Positions 21,387 through 30,748 of a stretch of 64,000 bases of DNA are shown piece after piece. The notes below the pieces were generated by a model that did not search any database, had not been told where the DNA came from, and saw nothing but the letters and a program-made list of their open reading frames with translations. Numbering within the stretch: the stretch's first letter is position 1; each line of letters begins with the position of its first letter. The DNA is taken from the NCBI GenBank assembly GCA_045615705.1, contig JAZLFH010000012.1, forward strand, positions 4,417 to 68,416. The letters run 5' to 3'. This DNA comes from Clostridia bacterium. GTDB lineage: Bacteria; Bacillota; Clostridia; UMGS1883. A program made the position numbers and the translations under genes.

Positions 21387-22772
21387 TTGAAAATTTACAA
21401 CACTCTCACAAGACAAAAGCAAGAATTTGTACCGGTGGAAGAAGGCAAGGTAAAAATGTATGCCTGCGGACCTACCGTGTATAATTTGTTCCATATAGGC
21501 AATGCAAGACCGCTCATAATTTTTGATGCACTCAGAAATTATTTTGAGTATCGCGGTTATGAAGTTACATTTGTACAGAATTTCACCGATGTTGACGATA
21601 AAATGATTAACCGTGCAAGGGAAGAAAATTGCACGGTTAAAGAAATTGCCGATAAATATATAAATGAGTATTATAAAGATGCAAAAGGCTTGGGCGTGAG
21701 AGAAGCAACAGTGCACCCTAAGGCAACCGAACATATTGATGATATCATCGCATTAGTTAAAAAACTTATTGATAAAGGGCATGCATACGAGGTGGACGGC
21801 GATGTCTATTTTGATACAAAAAGTTTTAAAGAGTATGGAAAACTCAGCCACCAACCGCTTGAAGATTTGGAAAACGGTGCAAGAGTTTCGTCTGACGAGA
21901 GAAAACACGACCCGATGGACTTCGCACTTTGGAAAAAGAGAAAACTTCCCGATGAAATAGCATGGGAAAGTCCGTGGGGACTCGGAAGACCCGGCTGGCA
22001 CATTGAGTGCAGTGCCATGTCGTGCAAGTATTTGGGCGAAACTTTTGATATTCACGGCGGAGGGTTAGACCTTATTTTTCCGCACCACGAAAACGAAATT
22101 GCACAAAGTGAAGCGGCAAGCGGAAAACTTCTTGCAAACTACTGGATGCACAATGGCTTTATCAATGTAAACAACGAAAAAATGAGTAAATCGAAGGGCA
22201 ACTTTTTTACGGTAAGAGATATTGTAAAAGAGTACAGCTACGATGTCATAAGGTTTATGATGCTTTCCGTTCATTACAGAAGCCCGATTAATTTCAGTTC
22301 GGAAATTCTTGACGCATCTAAAAATGCACTTGAAAGAATTACAATTTGCCGTAATAATCTTGATTTTGTAATTAAAGGTGCAACTTCGGGAAAAATCAGA
22401 GAAGAAGTAAAGAAAAATGCAGACGATTACAGAGAAAAATTTATAACCGTGTTAGACGATGACTTTAATACGGCAGACGGAATTTCTGTTATATTTGAAC
22501 TTGTAAAGTATATAAATACGCTTGATAATGCGACAAAAGAAGAATTGGAAATTTTAAGAGATACCCTTGGTGAATTTTGCAAGGTTTTAAATATTGCAAA
22601 TACACAAAAAGAACCGATAGATTCCGAAATAGAAGAACTTATCGAAAAAAGAAACGAAGCAAGAAAACAAAAAAACTTTAAAGAGGCAGATGCAATAAGA
22701 GATAAACTCAAAGAAATGCACATTATTTTGGAAGATACACCGGCGGGCGTAAAATGGAGAAAGGAACAGTAA
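21387..22772 (+). CDS. cysS: cysteinyl-tRNA synthetase (TTG start)
   Basis: It has HIGNARP, the Zn site CGWHIECS-like region (PGWHIECSAM), and KMSKS. Confidence 0.95.
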   Translation: MKIYNTLTRQKQEFVPVEEGKVKMYACGPTVYNLFHIGNARPLIIFDALRNYFEYRGYEVTFVQNFTDVDDKMINRAREENCTVKEIADKYINEYYKDAKGLGVREATVHPKATEHIDDIIALVKKLIDKGHAYEVDGDVYFDTKSFKEYGKLSHQPLEDLENGARVSSDERKHDPMDFALWKKRKLPDEIAWESPWGLGRPGWHIECSAMSCKYLGETFDIHGGGLDLIFPHHENEIAQSEAASGKLLANYWMHNGFINVNNEKMSKSKGNFFTVRDIVKEYSYDVIRFMMLSVHYRSPINFSSEILDASKNALERITICRNNLDFVIKGATSGKIREEVKKNADDYREKFITVLDDDFNTADGISVIFELVKYINTLDNATKEELEILRDTLGEFCKVLNIANTQKEPIDSEIEELIEKRNEARKQKNFKEADAIRDKLKEMHIILEDTPAGVKWRKEQ

Positions 22773-23179
22773 AATTGATTGATTTTATTGAAGGAAGCGT
22801 TTTTCCGAGAGAGTATTCACCGCTTGCACTTGCTTATATAGGCGATTCGGTGTATGACCTTTATATCAGAAGCAGAGTGATGGAAAAGGGTAACAAAAAA
22901 ATAACAGACCTGCACAAAAAAAGTGTAAGTTATGTAAATGCTTCTGCTCAGGCACAGGTTTTTATAAAAATAGCGGAGAATTTGACAGATGAAGAAAAAG
23001 ACATTTTAAAGTGGGGCAGAAATGCAAATAATCACACTCCGCCCAAAAATGCAAATGTCATTGATTACAGAATGGCAACGGGTTTTGAAACACTGATAGG
23101 TTTTTTGTATATGTCAAAAGAGTATGAAAGACTAAACGAAGTATTAAAACTATCTTATGATATACTAAACAATAATTAG
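22754..23179 (+). CDS. mrnC: Mini-ribonuclease III
   Basis: LAYIGDSVYDLYIR and GFETLIGFLY are present. It has the conserved position downstream of cysS. Confidence 0.85.
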   Translation: MEKGTVKLIDFIEGSVFPREYSPLALAYIGDSVYDLYIRSRVMEKGNKKITDLHKKSVSYVNASAQAQVFIKIAENLTDEEKDILKWGRNANNHTPPKNANVIDYRMATGFETLIGFLYMSKEYERLNEVLKLSYDILNNN

Positions 23180-23189
23180 GAGGATACAA

Positions 23190-24026
23190 ATGACGGATAA
23201 AGAACTTTCAATTATCGCTTATAAGGCACGGAAAAATGCTCTTATCGGAACGCACAATGCAAAATCGGGTCATCCGGGAGGGAGCCTTTCAATAGCGGAA
23301 ATCTTGTCGGTTTTATACTTTGACGAGATGAATGTTGACCCAAAAAATCCCACAATGGAAACGAGAGACCGATTTGTCCTTTCAAAGGGACACTGTGCAC
23401 CTATTTTATATGCCACCCTTGGTGAAAGAGGATACTTTGACCCGAAAGAGTGCGAAAATTTAAGGAAAATTGACAGTTTTTTGCAAGGACATCCCGATAT
23501 GAAGTCGGTTCCGGGTGTTGATATGTCAACAGGTTCGCTCGGACAAGGAATATCGGCGGCGTGCGGACTGGCAATTTACGCAAAACGAGAGAACAAGGAT
23601 TTTAGGATTTACTCAATCTTGGGCGATGGAGAAATCCAGGAAGGCGAAGTATGGGAAGCGGCAATGTTTGCCGCTCACTACAAACTTGATAACTTGGTTG
23701 CATTTGTAGATAACAACGGACTTCAAATAGACGGCGAAATTAAAGATGTTATGAGTCCGTATCCGATAGACGAAAAGTTTAAGGCATTCGGCTGGAATGT
23801 GATAGTAATTGATGCACACAACATAAAAGAGATTAAAGATGCACTTAAAAAGGCAAGAGATTTTAAAGGCAAACCGACTGTGATAATTGCAAAATCCATT
23901 AAGGGCAAGGGAGTATCATTTATGGAAAATAATGCGTCATGGCACGGAGTTGCACCCAATGATGAGGAACTTAAAAAGGCTCTTGATGAGTTAGACGACA
24001 AGATTAAAGAATTGGAGGCGATGTAA
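23190..24026 (+). CDS. transketolase, N-terminal subunit
   Basis: It carries the TPP-binding motifs GHPGGSLS and GDGEIQEG. Confidence 0.9.
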   Translation: MTDKELSIIAYKARKNALIGTHNAKSGHPGGSLSIAEILSVLYFDEMNVDPKNPTMETRDRFVLSKGHCAPILYATLGERGYFDPKECENLRKIDSFLQGHPDMKSVPGVDMSTGSLGQGISAACGLAIYAKRENKDFRIYSILGDGEIQEGEVWEAAMFAAHYKLDNLVAFVDNNGLQIDGEIKDVMSPYPIDEKFKAFGWNVIVIDAHNIKEIKDALKKARDFKGKPTVIIAKSIKGKGVSFMENNASWHGVAPNDEELKKALDELDDKIKELEAM

Positions 24027-24027
24027 G

Positions 24028-24963
24028 GTGGAAAAAAAGGCAACAAGGGAAAGTTACGGTATAGCACTTAAAGAACTCGCAAAAGACTATAAGTTTTATG
24101 TAATGGACGCAGACCTTGCAAAGTCAACAAAAACCGATACATTCAGAAAAGAATTTCCCCAAAGATTTATAAATGCGGGAATTGCAGAATCAAATATGAT
24201 GGCGGTATCGGCGGGAATTGCGACTACCGGCACGCCTGTTTTTGTAAGTTCATTTGCGATGTTTGTTTCCGGAAGAGCATTTGAGCAGGTAAGAAATTCT
24301 GTGGCGTATCCTTCACTTAATGTAAAAATCGGTGCCAGCCACGCAGGAATCAGCGTTGGCGAAGACGGAGCGACACATCAGTGTCTTGAAGACATCGCAC
24401 TTATGAGAACACTTCCGAATATGACGGTTATAAGCCCTGCCGACCACTACGAAGCGATGGGAGCGGTCAAGGCGGCACTTCTTCATGACGGACCGTGCTA
24501 TTTGCGTTTCGGAAGACTTTCGGTGCCTATTCTTTTTGATGAGAACTATAAGTTTGAACTCGGAAAAGGTGTTACGCTGAGAGAAGGAAAAGATGTAACC
24601 ATAGTTGCAACGGGATATATGGTAAACTTCGCACTTGAAGCCTGCGATATGCTTAAAGAAGAGGGAATCAGTGCCGAAGTAATCAATATACATACCATAA
24701 AGCCGATTGACAAAGAACTTTTGGTAAAATCAGCGAAAAAGACGGGTTGCGTGGTAACTGCGGAGGAGCATAATGTAATAGGCGGACTCGGAAGTGCAGT
24801 TTGCGAAGCACTTTGCGAAGAGTATCCCGTTTCGGTTTACAGAGTAGGAACACAGGATGTGTTCGGCAGAAGCGGAACACCTGCTGAACTTATGGAGTAC
24901 TACGGACTTACGGCAAAAAATATTGCGGAAAATACAAAGAGAGCGATTAATAACAAAAAATGA
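24028..24963 (+). CDS. transketolase, C-terminal subunit (GTG start)
   Basis: It has pyrimidine-binding and C-terminal domains (GIAESNMM...). It is adjacent to the N-terminal subunit. Confidence 0.9.
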   Translation: MEKKATRESYGIALKELAKDYKFYVMDADLAKSTKTDTFRKEFPQRFINAGIAESNMMAVSAGIATTGTPVFVSSFAMFVSGRAFEQVRNSVAYPSLNVKIGASHAGISVGEDGATHQCLEDIALMRTLPNMTVISPADHYEAMGAVKAALLHDGPCYLRFGRLSVPILFDENYKFELGKGVTLREGKDVTIVATGYMVNFALEACDMLKEEGISAEVINIHTIKPIDKELLVKSAKKTGCVVTAEEHNVIGGLGSAVCEALCEEYPVSVYRVGTQDVFGRSGTPAELMEYYGLTAKNIAENTKRAINNKK

Positions 24964-27140
24964 ACGAGAATGTAAATATTTTAAACAGTGAACAACAAAA
25001 AGCGGTTACGACAACGGACGGACCGCTTCTTGTTCTTGCAGGGGCAGGTTCGGGAAAAACAAAAGTTTTGACATACAGGATTGCATATCTTATAGAGAAT
25101 AAAAAAGCTATGCCTTATAACATCTTGGCAATAACATTTACAAACAAAGCGGCACAGGAAATGCGAGACAGGGTAGAAGCACTTGTCGGCGAAGATGTAA
25201 ATGATATGTGGGTAAGAACTTTCCACTCTGCATGTGTAAGAATTTTAAGAAAAGATATTGAAAAAATCGGATACGGAAACAATTTTAACATAATTGATGC
25301 CGATGACCAAAAGTCGCTTATAAAAAATGTAATAAAAGACTTAAATCTTGACGATAAAAAGTTTCCGCCAAAGGTTGTACTCGGAGAAATTTCAAGGGCA
25401 AAGGAAAAATTGGTTTCACCCGAAAATTTTGAAAACCATTTCGGAAACGATTACAGAATGAGTCTTGTGGCAAGGATTTACGGCGAGTATCAAAAAAGAC
25501 TTAATAAGGCAAACTGCCTTGATTTTGACGACTTAATACTCAAAACTGTTGAACTTTTTGAAAAAAATGAAGATGTGCTTTCGTTTTACCAAAAAAAGTT
25601 CAGATACATCTTGGTTGACGAGTATCAAGACACAAACCATGCACAGTACAGACTCATAAGCCTTCTTGCAAAAGCACACCGGAATCTTTGTGTAGTAGGT
25701 GATGATGACCAGAGCATTTATAAGTTTAGAGGAGCCGACATAAAAAACATTCTTGACTTTGAAAAAGAATTTCCCGAAGCGACTGTTATAAGGCTTGAAC
25801 AGAACTATCGTTCCACACAAAACATCCTTTCGGCGGCAAATGCAGTAATAAAAAACAACACCGAAAGAAAGGGCAAAAACCTTTGGAGCGATAAGGGGAG
25901 CGGAGAAAAAATTACAGATTTTAAGACCGCTACCGACCGTGATGAAGCATATATGATTTCATCAAAAGCAAAAAGCCTTTTTGGTTGCGGTCGCAATTAT
26001 AAAGATATGGCGGTTTTATACCGTACAAACGCACAGTCAAGAGTGCTTGAAGAAGTGTTTATGCGTTCTTCGATTCCGTATAGGGTTCTGTCGGGACTTC
26101 GATTCTATGAAAGAATGGAAGTAAAAGACATTATCTCATATCTCAAACTTATTAAAAATCCCGATGATAATATTGCACTGATGCGTGTAATAAATGTTCC
26201 GTCAAGGAAAGTCGGGAAAGCAACATTAGATATGATTGAATCTATCGCAAACCGAGAAAACACGAGTATGTTTACCGCAATAAAAGACCACCTTGATGAA
26301 ATGAAAGACGGTGTGGTAAAGTTTTATGAAATTATTTCGAGTTTGCTTGAAGATGTAAAAACCTTAACCGTTGACGAGATAGTTCAAAACACGATTGAAA
26401 AGACGCTTTATGAGGATTATTTAAAATCAAACTACGAAAACTTTGAAGACAGAAAAGAAAACATCAGTCAGCTTGTTTCGGGTGCGGCGGATTATATGAA
26501 CGCATCACCCGATCCGTCATTTTCGGATTACATGGATAACTTGGCACTTATAAGCGATATAGATAACTATGATGAAACTGCGGACGCAATGAGTTTGATG
26601 ACCATTCACACCGCTAAGGGGTTGGAATTTCCGGTTGTGTTTTTGTGCGGAATGGACGAGGGACTGTTTCCCTCTGTGGCATCAATTATGGATGAATCGG
26701 AAGTTGAGGAAGAAAGACGACTTTGCTATGTAGGAATTACGAGAGCAAAGGAAGAATTGTATCTTTCGGGAGCAAAGAGCCGTATGATGTACGGGAAAAC
26801 CACTCCGTATAAGCCGTCAAGATTTATGGGCGAGATACCGAGCGAACTTATAACTACCGTTGAGAGCGAATCTTATATGACTTCCGCTCAGCCTTACAGT
26901 GAGATTTATTCTCCGAAAACACCTTTGTACAATACTTCATTTAAGATGCCTAAAACGGAATCTCCGAAGGGCGACATTTCGTTTAAGGTCGGAGATAGAG
27001 TTAAGCACATAAAATTCGGAGAAGGAATTATTATAAACGCAACACCCGTTGGCAGTGATATGCACTACGAAATCGCATTTGAAAGCGTTGGGACAAAAAA
27101 TCTTTTGGGACTTTACGCAAAACTTGAGAGAGTGGACTGA
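24960..27140 (+). CDS. pcrA: ATP-dependent DNA helicase PcrA/UvrD family
   Basis: Helicase motifs AGAGSGKT, DEYQDTN, QNYRST and TIHTAKGLEF are present. Confidence 0.9.
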   Translation: MNENVNILNSEQQKAVTTTDGPLLVLAGAGSGKTKVLTYRIAYLIENKKAMPYNILAITFTNKAAQEMRDRVEALVGEDVNDMWVRTFHSACVRILRKDIEKIGYGNNFNIIDADDQKSLIKNVIKDLNLDDKKFPPKVVLGEISRAKEKLVSPENFENHFGNDYRMSLVARIYGEYQKRLNKANCLDFDDLILKTVELFEKNEDVLSFYQKKFRYILVDEYQDTNHAQYRLISLLAKAHRNLCVVGDDDQSIYKFRGADIKNILDFEKEFPEATVIRLEQNYRSTQNILSAANAVIKNNTERKGKNLWSDKGSGEKITDFKTATDRDEAYMISSKAKSLFGCGRNYKDMAVLYRTNAQSRVLEEVFMRSSIPYRVLSGLRFYERMEVKDIISYLKLIKNPDDNIALMRVINVPSRKVGKATLDMIESIANRENTSMFTAIKDHLDEMKDGVVKFYEIISSLLEDVKTLTVDEIVQNTIEKTLYEDYLKSNYENFEDRKENISQLVSGAADYMNASPDPSFSDYMDNLALISDIDNYDETADAMSLMTIHTAKGLEFPVVFLCGMDEGLFPSVASIMDESEVEEERRLCYVGITRAKEELYLSGAKSRMMYGKTTPYKPSRFMGEIPSELITTVESESYMTSAQPYSEIYSPKTPLYNTSFKMPKTESPKGDISFKVGDRVKHIKFGEGIIINATPVGSDMHYEIAFESVGTKNLLGLYAKLERVD

Positions 27141-27144
27141 TAGT

Positions 27145-27876
27145 ATGTACGGTAATTTTGCATATTTATATGATCGTCTTATGTCGGATACCGACTATGA
27201 TTTGTGGTGCGATTTTTACCTTAGGGCATTTAAAAAATATAATACAGATGCAAAATTAGGACTTGATATGGGTTGCGGAACGGGAAATATCACGATGCGT
27301 TTAAAGGATAAAGGCATTGATATGATAGGACTTGACATATCAAGCGAGATGCTTTCGGTAGCAAGAAATAAAGACAGTAAAATTTTGTACCTTAATGCTT
27401 CCATGACCGATTTTGAACTTTACGGAACGGTAGATTTTGTAATATCGGCTCTTGATTGCATAAACTATATTACGGATAAGAGAGAGTTAAAAAAGTGCTT
27501 CAAACTCGTAAATAACTACCTAAATCCAAAGGGACTTTTCATTTTTGATGTAAATACTCCGTATAAAATAGAAAATATTTTAGGCTCAAATACATTTGCG
27601 GAAGATAAAAACGGAATTTTCTACTCCTGGCAGAGTTATTTTGATAAAAAGAGTAAAATATGCGAGTATGATTTGACATTTTTTGAAAAGCAGGACGAAA
27701 ATTTCATAAGAACAGACGAAAAACAGTTTCAGCGGGCATACAGTATGGAAGAAATAGAAAAACTCATAATTGATTCCGGGTTGGAATATTTGGGCGTGTA
27801 TAATTCTTGTTTTAAAAAAGCGGGAAAAACCGATGAAAGATGGTTTTTCATAGCACGGGAAAGAGGCAAAAAATGA
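27145..27876 (+). CDS. class I SAM-dependent methyltransferase
   Basis: Motif I reads LDMGCGTGN. I chose ATG 27145, just after the pcrA stop, over the track start at 27049 inside pcrA. Confidence 0.75.
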   Translation: MYGNFAYLYDRLMSDTDYDLWCDFYLRAFKKYNTDAKLGLDMGCGTGNITMRLKDKGIDMIGLDISSEMLSVARNKDSKILYLNASMTDFELYGTVDFVISALDCINYITDKRELKKCFKLVNNYLNPKGLFIFDVNTPYKIENILGSNTFAEDKNGIFYSWQSYFDKKSKICEYDLTFFEKQDENFIRTDEKQFQRAYSMEEIEKLIIDSGLEYLGVYNSCFKKAGKTDERWFFIARERGKK

Positions 27877-29078
27877 TAGTTGTAATAGGTGGCGGAGCAT
27901 CGGGAATGATGGCGTCAATTTCTGCCTCGGAGATGGGAAAAGAAGTAGTTTTAATAGAGAAAACCAAAAGGCTCGGAACTAAACTTTCAATCACCGGCAA
28001 GGGAAGATGCAATATAACAAATGCGTGCGACAGAGATGAGTTTTTCTCTAACATTCCTACAAATCCAAAGTTTTTGTACAGTGCTTTCAGTACATTTTCA
28101 AATTATGATGCGATAGATTTTTTTGAAAGAAACGGCGTAAGCACAAAAATTGAAAGAGGAAAAAGGGTCTTTCCGAAAAGCGACAAGGCGACAGATGTCG
28201 TAAATGCACTCACATCAAAGATGAAAGAACTCGGGGTAAAGGTTATCTTTGATACGGCAGAAGAGATAATTACAGAAAACAAGAAAGTTGTGGGAGTAAA
28301 GTGTAGGGACAGAACATATAAATGCGACAGCGTCTTAATTGCAACAGGCGGTAAGAGTTATCCCAAAACAGGGTCAACGGGCGATGGATATGAGTTAGCA
28401 AAAAAAGTTGGGCATACTGTAATAAAACCCAAACCGTCATTAGTGCCTCTTGTTACAAAAGAAGATGTTTCTTCGCTTATGGGTTTGTCGCTCAAAAATG
28501 CAGCAATTACGCTGTTTGACAGGAGTAATAAACTCTGCTACCAAGACTTTGGCGAGATGCTCTTTACACATTTTGGTTTATCGGGACCGGTAATACTTTC
28601 CGCAAGCAGCAGATTAAAAGACATATCGGGAGCAAAAATAGTCGTGGATTTAAAACCTGCACTTACGGAAGAAACGCTTGACGAAAGAATACTTCGGGAT
28701 TTTTCGGAAGAGAAAAATAAAGATTTTATTAATTCTTTGGATAAACTTCTGCCCAAAAAGATGATTGATTATATAGTTTTCAGAAGCGGAATTAATCCAA
28801 GAAAAAAAGTAAATGAAATAACCAAGGAAGAAAGAAAAAACCTGGTCGTTCTTTTAAAAAATTTATCTTTTGAGATAAAAGACTTTTTAGGATTGGATGA
28901 AGCAATTATAACCTCGGGCGGAGTAGATACAAAAGAAATAAACCCAAAGACTATGGAGTCAAAAATAATAGAAGGACTTTATTTTTCGGGCGAGGTAATT
29001 GACATAGATGCATATACGGGAGGGTTTAACCTCCAAATAGCATTTTCAAGCGGATATGTCGCAGGAATTAATATGTAG
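27873..29078 (+). CDS. HI0933/YhiN-family flavoprotein
   Basis: The N-terminal dinucleotide fold reads MIVVIGGGASGMMA. The C-terminus GGFNLQIAFSSG is typical of the family. Confidence 0.8.
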   Translation: MIVVIGGGASGMMASISASEMGKEVVLIEKTKRLGTKLSITGKGRCNITNACDRDEFFSNIPTNPKFLYSAFSTFSNYDAIDFFERNGVSTKIERGKRVFPKSDKATDVVNALTSKMKELGVKVIFDTAEEIITENKKVVGVKCRDRTYKCDSVLIATGGKSYPKTGSTGDGYELAKKVGHTVIKPKPSLVPLVTKEDVSSLMGLSLKNAAITLFDRSNKLCYQDFGEMLFTHFGLSGPVILSASSRLKDISGAKIVVDLKPALTEETLDERILRDFSEEKNKDFINSLDKLLPKKMIDYIVFRSGINPRKKVNEITKEERKNLVVLLKNLSFEIKDFLGLDEAIITSGGVDTKEINPKTMESKIIEGLYFSGEVIDIDAYTGGFNLQIAFSSGYVAGINM

Positions 29079-29088
29079 GAGTGGTAAT

Positions 29089-29502
29089 ATGACAGAAATT
29101 AAAAGCAGTGATGTAGCGCGTGCAGCACTGACAATTTCAATGACACAGTCAAGACAGGAAGAGGAAACAATAAAAAAACAGTATAAAGAATACGGGATTC
29201 GCTCTGTTGCGGTTGACTTTGGAGGAGAGTTTCTGTCTTCGATTCCAAAGATAATTGAACGGGCGGTAGTTTCGGCACGAAGAGAAGGCGTAATTTCGGA
29301 CGGCCATACAGAAGAAGGTGCGGTAGCAGGAGCCACTCACGAAGCAATAAGCCAGATTTCAAGTAAGGTTATCGGCATGAATGTTGGCGGAAAAATCGGC
29401 ATTGCAAGATACGGTGAGCATGTTGTTGTTGCGGTATTCTTTTTGGTGGGACTTTTAAATTTGAACGATGTATGTGTCGGACTCGGACACAGAGCACTTT
29501 AA
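29089..29502 (+). CDS. HutP-family protein
   Basis: About 137 aa. GAVAGATHEAISQ and the C-terminal VGLGHRAL resemble HutP family members. Confidence 0.5.
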   Translation: MTEIKSSDVARAALTISMTQSRQEEETIKKQYKEYGIRSVAVDFGGEFLSSIPKIIERAVVSARREGVISDGHTEEGAVAGATHEAISQISSKVIGMNVGGKIGIARYGEHVVVAVFFLVGLLNLNDVCVGLGHRAL

Positions 29503-29514
29503 GGAGGAAAAGTT

Positions 29515-30186
29515 ATGACGGTTCAGGTAGCACTTGACGGACCTGCCGGGGCAGGGAAAAGTACAATCGCAAAGAGAGTGGCGAAGGATTTGGGATTCAT
29601 CTATATAGACACGGGAGCGATGTACCGTGCAGTTGCTCTTAAAGCGATAAAGAGCGGGATTACACCATCTGATGAAAAAGAAGTTGAAAAAATGCTTCCG
29701 ATATTGGATATTGATATACGCCACCAAGACGGAGTGCAGAAAGTTTTCCTTGACGGTGAAGATGTTTCGGAAAAAATCCGCACACCCGAAGTGTCGGTCG
29801 CCGCAAGTGATATTTCGGCAATCCCGAAGGTAAGACTTAAAATGGTTGATATGCAGCGTGATTTGGCAGGAAGCCACAATGTAATTATGGACGGCAGAGA
29901 TATAGGAACTTATGTGCTTCCGAATGCAAAAATTAAAATCTTTTTAACTGCTTCAACTGAAAAAAGAGCGGAAAGAAGATATAAAGAACTTTTGGAAAAA
30001 GGTACAAGTACAACCTTTGAAGAGGTAAAAAAAGACATGGAATACCGTGATAAAAACGATTCCACAAGAGCATTTGCACCTTTAAAGGTAGCGGACGGCG
30101 CCAAGGTAATAGACACAAGTGATTTAAATTTGGAAGAAAGCATAAATACGGTAATTGAGCATATTAAAAGTGAGGTTGAACTTTAA
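29515..30186 (+). CDS. cmk: cytidylate kinase
   Basis: IALDGPAGAGKST...YIDTGAMYR is present. Confidence 0.95.
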   Translation: MTVQVALDGPAGAGKSTIAKRVAKDLGFIYIDTGAMYRAVALKAIKSGITPSDEKEVEKMLPILDIDIRHQDGVQKVFLDGEDVSEKIRTPEVSVAASDISAIPKVRLKMVDMQRDLAGSHNVIMDGRDIGTYVLPNAKIKIFLTASTEKRAERRYKELLEKGTSTTFEEVKKDMEYRDKNDSTRAFAPLKVADGAKVIDTSDLNLEESINTVIEHIKSEVEL

Positions 30187-30740
30187 TGCTTTACTCTTTC
30201 GTAAGAGGAATTATTCTTTCATTTTATAAGGTTGTTTTCTTTGAAAAGAGCGAGGGATTTGAAAATATACCAAGCGGCGGATTTATAATATGTGCAAACC
30301 ACCACAGTAATTGGGATCCGGTTACAATTTTTGCGGTTTTTAAAAGAAAACTGACATTTATGGCAAAGGAAGAACTTTTTAAAATCCCGGTATTAAGAAC
30401 AATAATCAAAAAATTCGGAGCATATCCGATAAGAAGAGGGAGAGCAACGGTATCTTCAATAAAGACTGCAATAAGCGTTACGAAAAACGGCGGAGTTACA
30501 CTTATTTTCCCCGAAGGCAGAAGGGTAAAAAGAGGGGAAAAAGTTGAGGTAAAAAGCAGTATTGTAAGAATTGCAAATCAAACGGGAGTACCTCTTTTAC
30601 CGGTTACAATAAAGGGTAAATACACTCCGTTTTCCCGCATTAAAGTAATAGTGCATGAGCCTATTTATTGCCAAGATGCGGAAAATGAAGAAAAAATCAC
30701 CAAGACTTTGATGGATGAAATCTATAAAAGTATTGATTGA
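30186..30740 (+). CDS. plsC: 1-acyl-sn-glycerol-3-phosphate acyltransferase
   Basis: The HX4D motif reads NHHSNWD, and FPEGRR is present. Confidence 0.85.
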   Translation: MLYSFVRGIILSFYKVVFFEKSEGFENIPSGGFIICANHHSNWDPVTIFAVFKRKLTFMAKEELFKIPVLRTIIKKFGAYPIRRGRATVSSIKTAISVTKNGGVTLIFPEGRRVKRGEKVEVKSSIVRIANQTGVPLLPVTIKGKYTPFSRIKVIVHEPIYCQDAENEEKITKTLMDEIYKSID

Positions 30741-30748
30741 GGAGTTTT